From: a virus
DNA length: 39,738 nucleotides
IMG/VR virus record: IMGVR_UViG_3300050134_000089
Location: 1 to 39,738 of that record
Strand: one strand, 5' to 3'
Position numbers and translations under genes: made by a program. The notes beneath the pieces were generated by a model, which saw nothing but the letters and a program-made list of their open reading frames with translations, made no database searches and had not been told where the DNA came from. Positions 23,680 through 31,812 of this stretch are shown here, one piece after another. How positions within the stretch are numbered: position 1 is the first letter of the stretch; each line of letters begins with the position of its first letter.

Positions 23680-24230
23680 AACTTGTAAACCTAAAGCAAA
23701 AGTCTAAGGAATGGCTTGAATGGCGTAGAAATAAGGTCATGGCCAGCGACTCCCCCATTATTATGGGGGTTAGTCCTTATAAAGATTCGGTGAAACTTCT
23801 AGATGAAAAGATAAATCGATATGAAGCACCCGCCAATCAATGGATGCAAAGAGGTTTAGATTTAGAGCCATTAGCTCTCTCTGAGTTCGAACGAATGACG
23901 GGTCAGACTATGTTTCCATGTATTGGATTGCATGAGAACGAATGGGCTGGGGCTTCTTTTGATGGTATGACCTTAGAGGAAGATGCCATTGTTGAGATCA
24001 AATGCCCAGGTAAAAAAGATCATGATGTTGCCTTAGAGGGTAAGATTCCTAAAAAATATGTTTACCAGATTCAGCATCAATTATATGTTTCTGGACTTGA
24101 TTTGTGTTACTATTTCTCATTTGATGGGGAGAAAGGAAAAATTATCGAAGTTGAAAGAGATGATATTCTTATTGAGAAGATGCTTGTAAAATTATTTGAC
24201 TTTTGGCAACTTCTAAAGGCTAATATCTGA
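23676..24230 (+). CDS. YqaJ-like (lambda Exo-family, PD-(D/E)xK) recombination exonuclease
   Basis: 184 aa. ..EWLEWRRNKVMASDSPIIMGVSPYKD.. followed by ..SFDGMT....AIVEIKCP.. matches the YqaJ N-terminal and D...E.K catalytic pattern. Paired with the annealase. Confidence 0.7.
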   Translation: MKLVNLKQKSKEWLEWRRNKVMASDSPIIMGVSPYKDSVKLLDEKINRYEAPANQWMQRGLDLEPLALSEFERMTGQTMFPCIGLHENEWAGASFDGMTLEEDAIVEIKCPGKKDHDVALEGKIPKKYVYQIQHQLYVSGLDLCYYFSFDGEKGKIIEVERDDILIEKMLVKLFDFWQLLKANI

Positions 24231-24243
24231 CCTGGAGTTAAAT

Positions 24244-24438
24244 ATGCAATTAATGCTTTTTGATGAACCATTAAAAATATTGGTTGAAAGAAAAATTGAT
24301 CTACAAAATGCATCTCTTGAGCGAATGAGAAAGAAGTTATTCGCTGAAAATAATTCATTGAAAAAAGAAATCAAAGATCTTAAAAGAGATTTAGAATTCT
24401 TGAAAGCTAATATTTGTAAAGGTGATTATATTTTATAA
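24244..24438 (+). CDS. Small coiled-coil protein (64 aa)
   Basis: Track ORF. C-terminal heptad region NSLKKEIKDLKRDLEFLKANICKGDYIL. A degenerate second copy lies at 26289..26380. Confidence 0.5.
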   Translation: MQLMLFDEPLKILVERKIDLQNASLERMRKKLFAENNSLKKEIKDLKRDLEFLKANICKGDYIL

Positions 24439-24623
24439 TGTATAATTTAGATTGTTTAAGATGTAAGAAAAAAGTCCCTGAAGATTTTGCACAATATAGT
24501 AATCATTGCGCAACATGTTTAGATTTAGTTAGAGAAAAAAATAAGCAAATTTATTCACAAATAGAAAAATTAAGAGAGGAATTTGATGATTTCTCATGCG
24601 GTAAGGATTTAAAAAATGGATAA
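24438..24623 (+). CDS. Zinc-ribbon micro-protein (61 aa)
   Basis: CLRCKKK...HCATC. TAATG coupling upstream. Confidence 0.5.
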   Translation: MYNLDCLRCKKKVPEDFAQYSNHCATCLDLVREKNKQIYSQIEKLREEFDDFSCGKDLKNG

Positions 24624-24855
24624 TACAGAAGAATATAAAAAACAATATGATGATTTCATGAAATCTTATGAATTTTCCAAAAAAAATTTAAAGGATAAAA
24701 TCGATGAACTTCAATCTATATCAGATGAAATTATAGGGATGAAGCGTCTAGAAGTATTAGATACGTATATTCTAATTGAATCATGGCTCGAGGAAGTAAA
24801 AATATTGATGAAAAGTAGGATGGATAAGTTGGAGAATGAAAATATTATAACATAA
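24616..24855 (+). CDS. Hypothetical small protein (79 aa)
   Basis: Track ORF. Overlaps the upstream gene by 8 nt. Confidence 0.45.
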   Translation: MDNTEEYKKQYDDFMKSYEFSKKNLKDKIDELQSISDEIIGMKRLEVLDTYILIESWLEEVKILMKSRMDKLENENIIT

Positions 24856-24920
24856 GGTTAGTTATCGGACTATAACAAATATATTTAACTCTATTGAATC
24901 ATAAAACGAGATTAATTACA

Positions 24921-25169
24921 ATGAAAAAAGAACTTCTTTTAGTAAAACTTCCTAAAGTTCCAAATATTGATGGGGATTTCTTTGGTATTGGCTATTATAC
25001 AGATCACGGATTTGTTTTTAGCTTATTAACTGAAAAAATTTTCAATTTTTCGCCATTAAGATCATTCCCTTTTCCTAAAGACACTGGCTATGCTTCAGAA
25101 AATCAATTCGAAATTTTAGGAATAATTAAAGATTTACCAAATATTAATAAGGATAAATTTTATGGGTGA
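24921..25169 (+). CDS. Hypothetical small protein (82 aa from the ATG at 24921)
   Basis: The track ORF starts at TTG 24894. ATG 24921 sits in the same GAttAATTACAATG context used by neighbouring genes. Confidence 0.45.
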   Translation: MKKELLLVKLPKVPNIDGDFFGIGYYTDHGFVFSLLTEKIFNFSPLRSFPFPKDTGYASENQFEILGIIKDLPNINKDKFYG

Positions 25170-25482
25170 ACGAGCATCATGCCCGGTTTGTGGAAGTTGT
25201 AGCAGTAATGTATTGAATGATATTCAAAGTGGATTTAATTGCCGAATCTGTGGATGTTTAAATGAACTATTACAACAATATCAATATATTTTAAATAAAA
25301 AAGAAGATTATATCGATAAAAAAATATCAAAACATATTTTAGATGAAAATGATAAATTGATAAAAGAAAACATGTTTTTAAAAACAAAACTATCAAAACT
25401 TATTGAAATAGTAGGATATGAATTTGATAGTCCAATTATCAATACATTTACCCAAATATTAAAAATTATCCATGAGGAATAA
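25162..25482 (+). CDS. Zinc-ribbon plus coiled-coil protein (106 aa)
   Basis: CPVCGSC...CRICGC followed by a heptad-rich tail. Confidence 0.5.
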   Translation: MGERASCPVCGSCSSNVLNDIQSGFNCRICGCLNELLQQYQYILNKKEDYIDKKISKHILDENDKLIKENMFLKTKLSKLIEIVGYEFDSPIINTFTQILKIIHEE

Positions 25483-25487
25483 TCACA

Positions 25488-25643
25488 ATGAAACTCTCAA
25501 TTCTTCCTACTGAGTGTAATTGTGAAATATGTAGCGATATGTGCGAAGCTCCTTGTTGTGGCACTATAGAAGATATTGGTTTTTCTTGTGAAATCGACTT
25601 TTGCCCTTTTTGTGGTGAAAAATTAATAAGCGATAAGGATTAA
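25488..25643 (+). CDS. Cys-rich micro-protein (51 aa)
   Basis: Hand-translated MKLSILPTECNCEICSDMCEAPCCGTIEDIGFSCEIDFCPFCGEKLISDKD. AGGA box upstream. Confidence 0.45.
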   Translation: MKLSILPTECNCEICSDMCEAPCCGTIEDIGFSCEIDFCPFCGEKLISDKD

Positions 25644-25648
25644 TTGCA

Positions 25649-25837
25649 ATGGAAAATTCAGTTGTTGTTACATTTTATTTTACATCTGGTTTATCTCAAG
25701 AATATATCATGGGCAAAGAACAATTTAATAAAATATTACAAGGATTGCGTCAATCATTTGATGCGAGTATATTAACTGAATACTATGGCATTAATTTCAG
25801 TCATGTAACTCATTATCTTGTGAAAGAAAAGGATTAA
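25649..25837 (+). CDS. Hypothetical small protein (62 aa)
   Basis: Track ORF with an AGGA box and conserved junction upstream. Confidence 0.45.
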   Translation: MENSVVVTFYFTSGLSQEYIMGKEQFNKILQGLRQSFDASILTEYYGINFSHVTHYLVKEKD

Positions 25838-25842
25838 TTACA

Positions 25843-26244
25843 ATGGAAGATGATGAGTTCAAGATAGCGAAATTTATAACAACTATCATATGTTTATCCG
25901 TAATTTTTATCTGGCTTTATTATAACTTTATAAGACCCCATATATATATATGGCAGCAAGGATGTGCTGGACAAGCGGAATTAGCTCATGCAGAATATAG
26001 TCGAAAGATTGCTACATGTGAAGCTTTAGCTAAGAAAGATTCTGCAAAATCACTGGCGGAGGCTGAGATCATTAGAGCAGAAGGGGTCGCTCAGGCCAAT
26101 AAAATTATTGGAGATTCCCTTACAGGAAATGAGGGTTATTTGAGATATTTATGGATTCAAGGATTACAAACAAACCAAATGCAAGTGGTATATGTCCCCA
26201 CTGAAGCCAATTTACCAATTATGGAAGCAAATAGATTTAAGTGA
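25843..26244 (+). CDS. Membrane-anchored SPFH/Band-7 C-terminal-like protein (133 aa)
   Basis: N-terminal TM (FITTIICLSVIFIWLYYNFI), then ..AEAEIIRAEGVAQANKIIGDSLTGNEGYLRYLWIQGL....VVYVPTE.. resembles the C-terminal helical region of prohibitin/HflC-type proteins. Confidence 0.5.
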   Translation: MEDDEFKIAKFITTIICLSVIFIWLYYNFIRPHIYIWQQGCAGQAELAHAEYSRKIATCEALAKKDSAKSLAEAEIIRAEGVAQANKIIGDSLTGNEGYLRYLWIQGLQTNQMQVVYVPTEANLPIMEANRFK

Positions 26245-26363
26245 TGACTTCCTCAGCTAAAGCAGTCTGTAAACTCAGGATTATTATAATGGAAAATGAA
26301 GATTTAAAGAAAGATTTAAATGAAATAAAAACCGAATTGGAATTTTTGAATGCAAATATTTGA
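26244..26363 (+). CDS. Truncated paralog of 24244..24438 (39 aa; ends at a TGA where the paralog has TGT)
   Basis: MTSSAKAVCKLRIIIMENEDLKKDLNEIKTELEFLNANI*. The next 7 codons (KGEYIL*) still align with the paralog tail NICKGDYIL* and end in the same stop/ATG overlap. Confidence 0.4.
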   Translation: MTSSAKAVCKLRIIIMENEDLKKDLNEIKTELEFLNANI

Positions 26364-26380
26364 AAGGGTGAATATATTTT

Positions 26381-26554
26381 ATGAAAATTAATCAAACGAA
26401 ACAAGTATTCAATTTTCATATTCAAACTGGAATTTCTATTGATTTAGCCAAAAAAATAATCGAAAAATATGGAAATGCTGAAATAGCATTAAACACCTGC
26501 TCTCATTTTCAGTTATGGGCTGGGAAGTGTAGATGCGAATTTTGCAAACAATGA
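26381..26554 (+). CDS. Micro-protein with UBA/TS-N-like helix pair and C-terminal Cys cluster (57 aa)
   Basis: Hand-translated MKINQTKQVFNFHIQTGISIDLAKKIIEKYGNAEIALNTCSHFQLWAGKCRCEFCKQ. Confidence 0.4.
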   Translation: MKINQTKQVFNFHIQTGISIDLAKKIIEKYGNAEIALNTCSHFQLWAGKCRCEFCKQ

Positions 26555-26566
26555 GGATTAGTTTTA

Positions 26567-26773
26567 ATGAAAATCAAAGAAAATGAAGATTTAATCAAAG
26601 AATTAAATAAAATCATTAAAGATTTAGATAGTCGAATTGATGGTTTATCCAGTCATCATTCCGATATTGTATTGTCTATAAAAGATCTACAAACACTTCT
26701 TTCAGCATGGAGACAGACAATAAAAGGATTTGTACAATATATTGAAATCATAGAAGAGAATGTATTGCAATGA
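26567..26773 (+). CDS. Hypothetical small coiled-coil protein (68 aa)
   Basis: Track ORF. GAGGA box upstream. Confidence 0.45.
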   Translation: MKIKENEDLIKELNKIIKDLDSRIDGLSSHHSDIVLSIKDLQTLLSAWRQTIKGFVQYIEIIEENVLQ

Positions 26774-27132
26774 AAATAATTACTTCTTTACCACCTCAAG
26801 TAGCTGAATTTTTCGACCGTGTATTATTGAGTCGTCCATGTCCTAAATTTATGGATGATTCCGAAACTCTCTGGAAAATATATTTATATATCATAAATAA
26901 ACTAGCTCGGCGTTGTAATTACAATGAAAAAACGATGAAAAAATTTGAACAATTCTGCTATGAATTTTTGGAGTTATATGGGCGGACGAAAACAAAAGAA
27001 ACTGAGTTTAAAGAGGAAAATGGAAAATCGTTCCAAGGACCCTTTGATTACTTTACAGATATTGGTAGAAATAACAAAGAAGTATTTAGCACGATTAGAC
27101 ACAGGGCAAAATCATATTCCTATTTCAATTAG
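26770..27132 (+). CDS. Hypothetical protein (120 aa)
   Basis: Track ORF, ATGA-coupled. Confidence 0.5.
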   Translation: MKIITSLPPQVAEFFDRVLLSRPCPKFMDDSETLWKIYLYIINKLARRCNYNEKTMKKFEQFCYEFLELYGRTKTKETEFKEENGKSFQGPFDYFTDIGRNNKEVFSTIRHRAKSYSYFN

Positions 27133-27180
27133 TTCAGGAACAACCGTGCGATTCAAAAGATTTAACAAATTGGATTTATC

Positions 27181-27345
27181 ATGATGACATGTAAAATAAA
27201 TCAATATATAACATTAGATATACTTGAAAACGGAAATTATAAGCATAAAGATTGGATTTGTGATGCGGTTTGTGATTCTAAATATTCATATTTAATTAAA
27301 TTTATAGTGGAACAAGAAACTGAAGATTACATGAAAAGGTTATAA
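27181..27345 (+). CDS. Hypothetical micro-protein (54 aa)
   Basis: Hand-translated MMTCKINQYITLDILENGNYKHKDWICDAVCDSKYSYLIKFIVEQETEDYMKRL. Confidence 0.35.
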   Translation: MMTCKINQYITLDILENGNYKHKDWICDAVCDSKYSYLIKFIVEQETEDYMKRL

Positions 27346-27353
27346 GCATTATC

Positions 27354-27557
27354 ATGACCTCTGAATGGATCAGTGTTACAGATAGATTGCCTGAAGATGA
27401 TACACATGTATTGGTATATGACACAAAAGAAGGAATGTGTAGAGGATATATATATTTACAAAGTTGGTCTCATTGGCCATTAGGTTCTTTTGCAGGAGAT
27501 GGATGTCTTTTTTGTGTAACTCATTGGCAACCATTACCCGAACCTCCTAAGGAATAA
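27354..27557 (+). CDS. DUF551-domain protein (67 aa)
   Basis: EWISVTDRLPEDDTHVLVYD......VTHWQPLPEPPKE fits the DUF551 pattern (W.s..d.lP....vLv ... thWmPLP.pP) common in temperate-phage early regions. Confidence 0.65.
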   Translation: MTSEWISVTDRLPEDDTHVLVYDTKEGMCRGYIYLQSWSHWPLGSFAGDGCLFCVTHWQPLPEPPKE

Positions 27558-27559
27558 CT

Positions 27560-27781
27560 ATGACTATTGATATTGAAAATTTACCGCCAGACGCTCAATT
27601 TGCTTATATCACCATGACAAAGACGGCAATATCTTTCAAAGAAAAAGGAATGGATAAGAATTTTTTCTTATATTTCTCGGAGGAAATTTGGAATTCTATG
27701 GAGTTATCAGATTTGGAACATTTAAAGAATGTTTTAGAAGAAAAAATGCAAAAAGATTTACTCCCTTATCTGAATAGATGA
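27560..27781 (+). CDS. Hypothetical small protein (73 aa)
   Basis: Track ORF. AAGGA box upstream. Confidence 0.45.
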   Translation: MTIDIENLPPDAQFAYITMTKTAISFKEKGMDKNFFLYFSEEIWNSMELSDLEHLKNVLEEKMQKDLLPYLNR

Positions 27782-27826
27782 CATTTTTTATTAAACTTTT
27801 TATTAAGCTTATAGGTGGTTTTTCTC

Positions 27827-28117
27827 ATGAGCGCTGAATGCGACAAATGCGGCGAACATATTCTCGATTGCGTATGTAACGAAGAAAGTCCCTATTGCGA
27901 TAATAGCAACGGAATCGATAAACAGGACGAAATTAATAATATATCACTTTTCAAAAGATTAGCTATTGCTAACTTTATGGATTCAACAACAGGTATATGC
28001 AGCATTTGCAATCATAAATTTTCTGATATAGATGATATCATAAGAAGCGATATAATTATTGTTGAAAAATCAGAACCTATAAAAATAGCATGCAGGAAGT
28101 GTTATGGACTGAGATAA
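27827..28117 (+). CDS. Cys-rich zinc-finger protein (96 aa from the ATG at 27827)
   Basis: MSAECDKCGEHILDCVCNEESPYCD...CSICNH...CRKC. AGGTGG SD 9 nt upstream of 27827 (the track start GTG 27815 is less likely). Confidence 0.5.
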   Translation: MSAECDKCGEHILDCVCNEESPYCDNSNGIDKQDEINNISLFKRLAIANFMDSTTGICSICNHKFSDIDDIIRSDIIIVEKSEPIKIACRKCYGLR

Positions 28118-28162
28118 CGATCCTTTACAAGAAGAAAAGAATTTAATTTTTGATGCAATTGT

Positions 28163-28297
28163 TCAATCTTCTAAAATGATCGATAGTATAGACTCGCAAT
28201 CAGGACATATCCAATAATCTTCCTCATATCCCCATTGAGCTGGGCAATAGATTAATTCTGCGCCGCATTGGCATTTGTCATCATTGTTGTTTTTCAT
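28163..28297 (-). CDS. Zinc-ribbon micro-protein (44 aa)
   Basis: Hand-translated MKNNNDDKCQCGAELIYCPAQWGYEEDYWICPDCESILSIILED. Overlaps the 3' end of the Xis-like gene by 17 nt in another frame. Confidence 0.35.
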   Translation of the reverse strand: MKNNNDDKCQCGAELIYCPAQWGYEEDYWICPDCESILSIILED

Positions 28298-28514
28298 TTA
28301 AACAATCTAAGATACATTCATTTAGAATTTTTAAAACTTTAGCATGTATCTTAGATTGTTCAAGATATTCTTCAACATCTTTTTGTAAAAATCTCCAAGA
28401 TCCATCGATTTTCATAGCAAAAGGTAAATTACCACGTTTTAACATTCGATAAAGCGTTCTTTGAGATATTTTTAAATAAATGCATAATTCATTGGGCGTC
28501 ATTAATGGTTCCAT
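28281..28514 (-). CDS. Excisionase-family (HTH_17/MerR-like) DNA-binding protein, 77 aa
   Basis: MTPNELCIYLKISQRTLYRMLKRGNLPFAMKIDGSWRFLQKDVEEYL is the classic Xis/AlpA-type HTH followed by a ..g..w.f...dv..wl wing. Confidence 0.65.
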   Translation of the reverse strand: MEPLMTPNELCIYLKISQRTLYRMLKRGNLPFAMKIDGSWRFLQKDVEEYLEQSKIHAKVLKILNECILDCLNEKQQ

Positions 28515-28659
28515 AAATATATATTAGTTAAATGCCAAAAATAAAGTCAAATTTATCTTTTTGCAGACGTTGGCAATCTAATGTCTTAATAGGGTACTCC
28601 CACTCAAACAAATCAATAATGCTGTTTTTTCGTGCTTTTGACATTGGTTTCATTTGTTC

Positions 28660-28689
28660 TTGACAAAATGTAAGTATATGTTGTATTTT
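28660..28689 (+). promoter_or_regulatory. Candidate promoter of the recombinase operon
   Basis: TTGACA (28660..28665), 18 nt, TATTTT (28684..28689), upstream of the AAGGAG SD of ORF 28712. A second TTGACA lies at 28638. Confidence 0.35.
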
Positions 28690-28711
28690 TTAATGTTAAA
28701 AAGGAGAAAAA

Positions 28712-28885
28712 ATGATAGATCTAACAATAAGAGACTTAAACAAAGCAATTGAAAGAAAAGAATTGTCAATTAGAGAAAATGAGGCAAGAATCGATTGGTA
28801 TTTCAAACAGATTAAAGCTGATCAAGAAGGCATAAAAGAATTAGAACAATTTTTAGAAATATTAAAGCCTCATAAAAAAGAATGA
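28712..28885 (+). CDS. Coiled-coil micro-protein (57 aa) preceding the recombinase
   Basis: AAGGAG SD. MIDLTIRDLNKAIERKELSIRENEARIDWYFKQIKADQEGIKELEQFLEILKPHKKE. The stop is 3 nt before the recombinase ATG. Confidence 0.5.
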   Translation: MIDLTIRDLNKAIERKELSIRENEARIDWYFKQIKADQEGIKELEQFLEILKPHKKE

Positions 28886-28888
28886 ATA

Positions 28889-29467
28889 ATGACAGGTAAA
28901 AGAATCGGTTATATTCGCGTAAGCACTACTGATCAGAACCCTGATCGTCAACTTGAAAACATAGATCTCGATAAGAAGTTTATCGAATATGCGACGGGTA
29001 GCACAATCAAACGCCCGCAGCTTGAAATAATGATGGATTATGCCCGAGAAGACGACATCATCATTGTGCATAGCATGGATAGGCTTGCCAGAAATGTTAA
29101 GGATTTAAGGCGTTTAATCGATGATTTAACATCAAAAGGTGTACGCGTCTATTTTATTAAGGAAAACCTAACCTTTAGCTTTGTAAACTCTCCAATGGAT
29201 AACCTTATGCTGATGCTTATTGGTTCAATTGCTGAGTTTGAATTATCACTTATCAAAGAAAGACAGATGGAAGGCATTGCCTATGCCAAGAAATCGGGTA
29301 AATATAAAGGTAGGAAAAGCAAGTTTACCAAAGAAAATATTGAAAAAATAAAGATAGCTCTTCAAACTCGAAAAAGTAAAACCAAGATTGCACAAGAACT
29401 TGGACTTTCCAGATTTACTTTATATCGCTATTTAGAAAAAATACACGAATCAGAAATGATATCTTAG
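28889..29467 (+). CDS. Small serine recombinase (resolvase/invertase family, Hin/Gin size)
   Basis: 192 aa. The N-terminal catalytic motif GYIRVSTTDQNPDRQ (Ser nucleophile), ..HSMDRLARN.., the E-helix ..GSIAEFELSLIKERQ.., and the C-terminal HTH KIAQELGLSRFTLYRYL are all hallmarks of the family. Confidence 0.85.
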   Translation: MTGKRIGYIRVSTTDQNPDRQLENIDLDKKFIEYATGSTIKRPQLEIMMDYAREDDIIIVHSMDRLARNVKDLRRLIDDLTSKGVRVYFIKENLTFSFVNSPMDNLMLMLIGSIAEFELSLIKERQMEGIAYAKKSGKYKGRKSKFTKENIEKIKIALQTRKSKTKIAQELGLSRFTLYRYLEKIHESEMIS

Positions 29468-29474
29468 GAGAGTT

Positions 29475-29705
29475 GTGAAATATTTTATTGTTTCTTTCTT
29501 TTATCTATCCTGTCTTTGTGCGATGGAAAATCCTACGACTGAATATTTCTTCCATCATGGCCATCAATATCTTGTCTTTAATAAGACTCAGATTATTCAT
29601 GATCCCGATTGTCCATGTCAGCATTATATCAAGTGGATGTCTTATAATGAAAAGAATCAGACTTATAAGATAAAAGTCTCGCCAGCATCCATTCCTGAAG
29701 ATTAA
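29475..29705 (+). CDS. Small secreted/lipoprotein-like protein (76 aa)
   Basis: GTG start with an AGGAG SD. Hydrophobic N-terminus KYFIVSFFYLSCLCA (signal or lipobox-like), Cys/His-rich body. Its 3' end overlaps the convergent tailspike stop. Confidence 0.45.
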   Translation: MKYFIVSFFYLSCLCAMENPTTEYFFHHGHQYLVFNKTQIIHDPDCPCQHYIKWMSYNEKNQTYKIKVSPASIPED

Positions 29706-31030
29706 GCAACTCTTGTACCGGATATTCTTCCATATGCTGCGGCTGTACCTACTGAAAAAGTACTCTGAGCTAGTAGATATATAGTTGTTGTTGCAGTTAA
29801 AGCTACTCTCCATACTGGAATAGTCAAAGTTTGATCAGATAATGCGGTGGATAATGTTGAGGTTGAAGTGCCATTATCACCCTGAGACACTCCTGTAAAT
29901 GAAGCAGAAGTACTCGCCACACCCGCTATAAAAGATGTTCCGGTTAATGTGCCGTTTAAATTAACAATTCCAGTTACGTCCCATATGCCCGGTGTTAATG
30001 ATAGGCTTGTCACATTAGCCGGGACTCCTGTAGACAATGCAACGGCAGATCCTACAGGAATTGCTGATCTAATTTGCTCGCCTAGCACTCCACTTGATAG
30101 AGTGCTATTTGTATTTGTCCCTAAATAAAATCCACCGTCAAATATGTTTCTTGTGACTGTTGTAACGGCATTGTTATATGTAAAAGCCGAACCGGAATAG
30201 AAAAATCCCGTATAGGTTATAGATCCAGGTCCCGAAATAGTATTCACATTAGTGCTACTGATGATACAGTCAGCTATAAACAACGAATTTGCTGCACCAA
30301 CTGTTATTGCTGTTGCTGTCCCTGAGAAAAAATTACATTCTCTTACAGCTACTTGAGTAGAAGAATTGAAAATTAAAGATATTGTATTCTGGTTGATAGT
30401 AGATATTACACTAGTTAAAAAAGATCCTATAGATGTTCCCGTATAGGATACCGGTGAATTAATTTGACTAGAAGTCCAAACAACAGCTCCTGCTGAAGCT
30501 GTTGAAGCTGTTACACTCGCACCGGTATTGGTGAATATACTGCCACTAATATTTATTATTCCAATTGAAGAAGAAGAATAAATTCCAATCCCTGTTGTGG
30601 CTAAATTTCCTGTACAATTTAAGATATTAATTCCTGAAGAAGCACTAGAAGAAGTATACGAAAGACCTGTAGCATTTGTGCAGTTAAAATTGCAATTTGA
30701 AACAAATAGATTTGTTGCTGAACTTCCACTAACGACTAGGCTATTGGCACTATTGGTTTGCAAATTAATATTGGCAATGCTTGCTGATCCAGAAAAATTA
30801 GCCGTAACAGTTCCTAAAATGGTGACACTGAGAATTAATGAATCTCCAGGAAAACCTATTAAGTTAACACCGGCTTTCGTTGAAAAGTTTTCAGTATATG
30901 TTCCTGGACGAATAAAAATATCAGTTCCCGAAGTTGCCGCAGCTAATGCATTAGTAATAGTTGTAAAATCGCCATTTCCTAATGGATCTACCAAAAACCC
31001 ATTGGCAACTGAATAATCGCGATAGGCCAT
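29702..31030 (-). CDS. Tailspike with right-handed beta-helix (pectate-lyase-like) domain and shared C-terminal receptor-binding-type domain
   Basis: 442 aa. N-terminus ..GDFTTITNALAAATSGTDIFIRPGTYTENF...GVNLIG.. is the usual beta-helix cap pattern, followed by repetitive N/S/T/G-rich rungs. The last ~100 aa are homologous to the C-terminus of 31812..32591 (..YGRISGTRVA vs ..YGRISATRVA). Confidence 0.65.
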   Translation of the reverse strand: MAYRDYSVANGFLVDPLGNGDFTTITNALAAATSGTDIFIRPGTYTENFSTKAGVNLIGFPGDSLILSVTILGTVTANFSGSASIANINLQTNSANSLVVSGSSATNLFVSNCNFNCTNATGLSYTSSSASSGINILNCTGNLATTGIGIYSSSSIGIINISGSIFTNTGASVTASTASAGAVVWTSSQINSPVSYTGTSIGSFLTSVISTINQNTISLIFNSSTQVAVRECNFFSGTATAITVGAANSLFIADCIISSTNVNTISGPGSITYTGFFYSGSAFTYNNAVTTVTRNIFDGGFYLGTNTNSTLSSGVLGEQIRSAIPVGSAVALSTGVPANVTSLSLTPGIWDVTGIVNLNGTLTGTSFIAGVASTSASFTGVSQGDNGTSTSTLSTALSDQTLTIPVWRVALTATTTIYLLAQSTFSVGTAAAYGRISGTRVA

Positions 31031-31812
31031 TAAAATACCTCGTAACTTGTTCCATTAAATAATAAATTAATTGCCCCATGATTACCTGCAATCGTGTATG
31101 TGGTCTCACCATCAATTGTGACTGGTCCCCCTACTGTAGTAACTGAAATGTGATTTGAGGATGCAAAGCCTGTTCGATCTTTGATTGTGAATTCCCTAAA
31201 TGTTGTAGGGGCATTCGGAAGGAGAATCGAGAGCACTCCTCCCGATGGGTCGCATGAGATGTATTCATCCGTTGGTGTAACTGTATAAGGTGAATTAGAT
31301 ATATTAACATTAACGTAGTTGAAAGAAGAAAAATTCGTTATAGAAACAAAACCATTAGCATCCACATTGAATTGAGAACTATTAAATGAGGCGATTCCTG
31401 CCTTATTTATATTTGTAGAGGCAATAGCCGCTGCAACTTGTAGATTAAAGTTCTCTATATTTGTGCCTCCGGAAGCTACAAATAGAGGAGATGCAAAAGC
31501 GCTATTGGCAACTATTTTCCCTAATGTCTGTATAATTTGGCCACTAGGTGCAACAGGAACGCCATCGTTTCCTTGTAACTCTTCCAAAAGACTATTCGCA
31601 AAAACCAATTCCCAATCTGATAATAAACTCCCCGAAATATTGCTCTGAGAATTCAAATACCATACTCTCTTTAATGCTGTATTTATCCAAAACTTTCCAA
31701 TGGTATAATAAATATCAACTGGCAAAGGATCACGCGTATCAATCCAAGGATAATTAGTCTGTGATGTTCCTACTGCTACACAATAGGCTTCTTGATTGCG
31801 TTGACTTCCCAT
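31030..31812 (-). CDS. Tail fibre/spike protein (260 aa)
   Basis: The N-terminal motif DIYYTIGKFWINTALKRVWYL parallels DVLYPIGKEWVWPGNSIWKLL of 32965..33624. Start and stop overlap the neighbouring genes. Confidence 0.55.
   Translation of the reverse strand: MGSQRNQEAYCVAVGTSQTNYPWIDTRDPLPVDIYYTIGKFWINTALKRVWYLNSQSNISGSLLSDWELVFANSLLEELQGNDGVPVAPSGQIIQTLGKIVANSAFASPLFVASGGTNIENFNLQVAAAIASTNINKAGIASFNSSQFNVDANGFVSITNFSSFNYVNVNISNSPYTVTPTDEYISCDPSGGVLSILLPNAPTTFREFTIKDRTGFASSNHISVTTVGGPVTIDGETTYTIAGNHGAINLLFNGTSYEVF

Noticed and set aside
24908-25845. Recurrent junction sequence (A)GGAtTAATTaCAATG at four consecutive gene boundaries (24908, 25474, 25635, 25829). I considered it as a cassette-recombination boundary.
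   Set aside because: It is most simply a conserved SD (AGGA) plus AT spacer with the upstream TAA stop embedded, i.e. translational coupling. It is too short to argue for a recombination signal.
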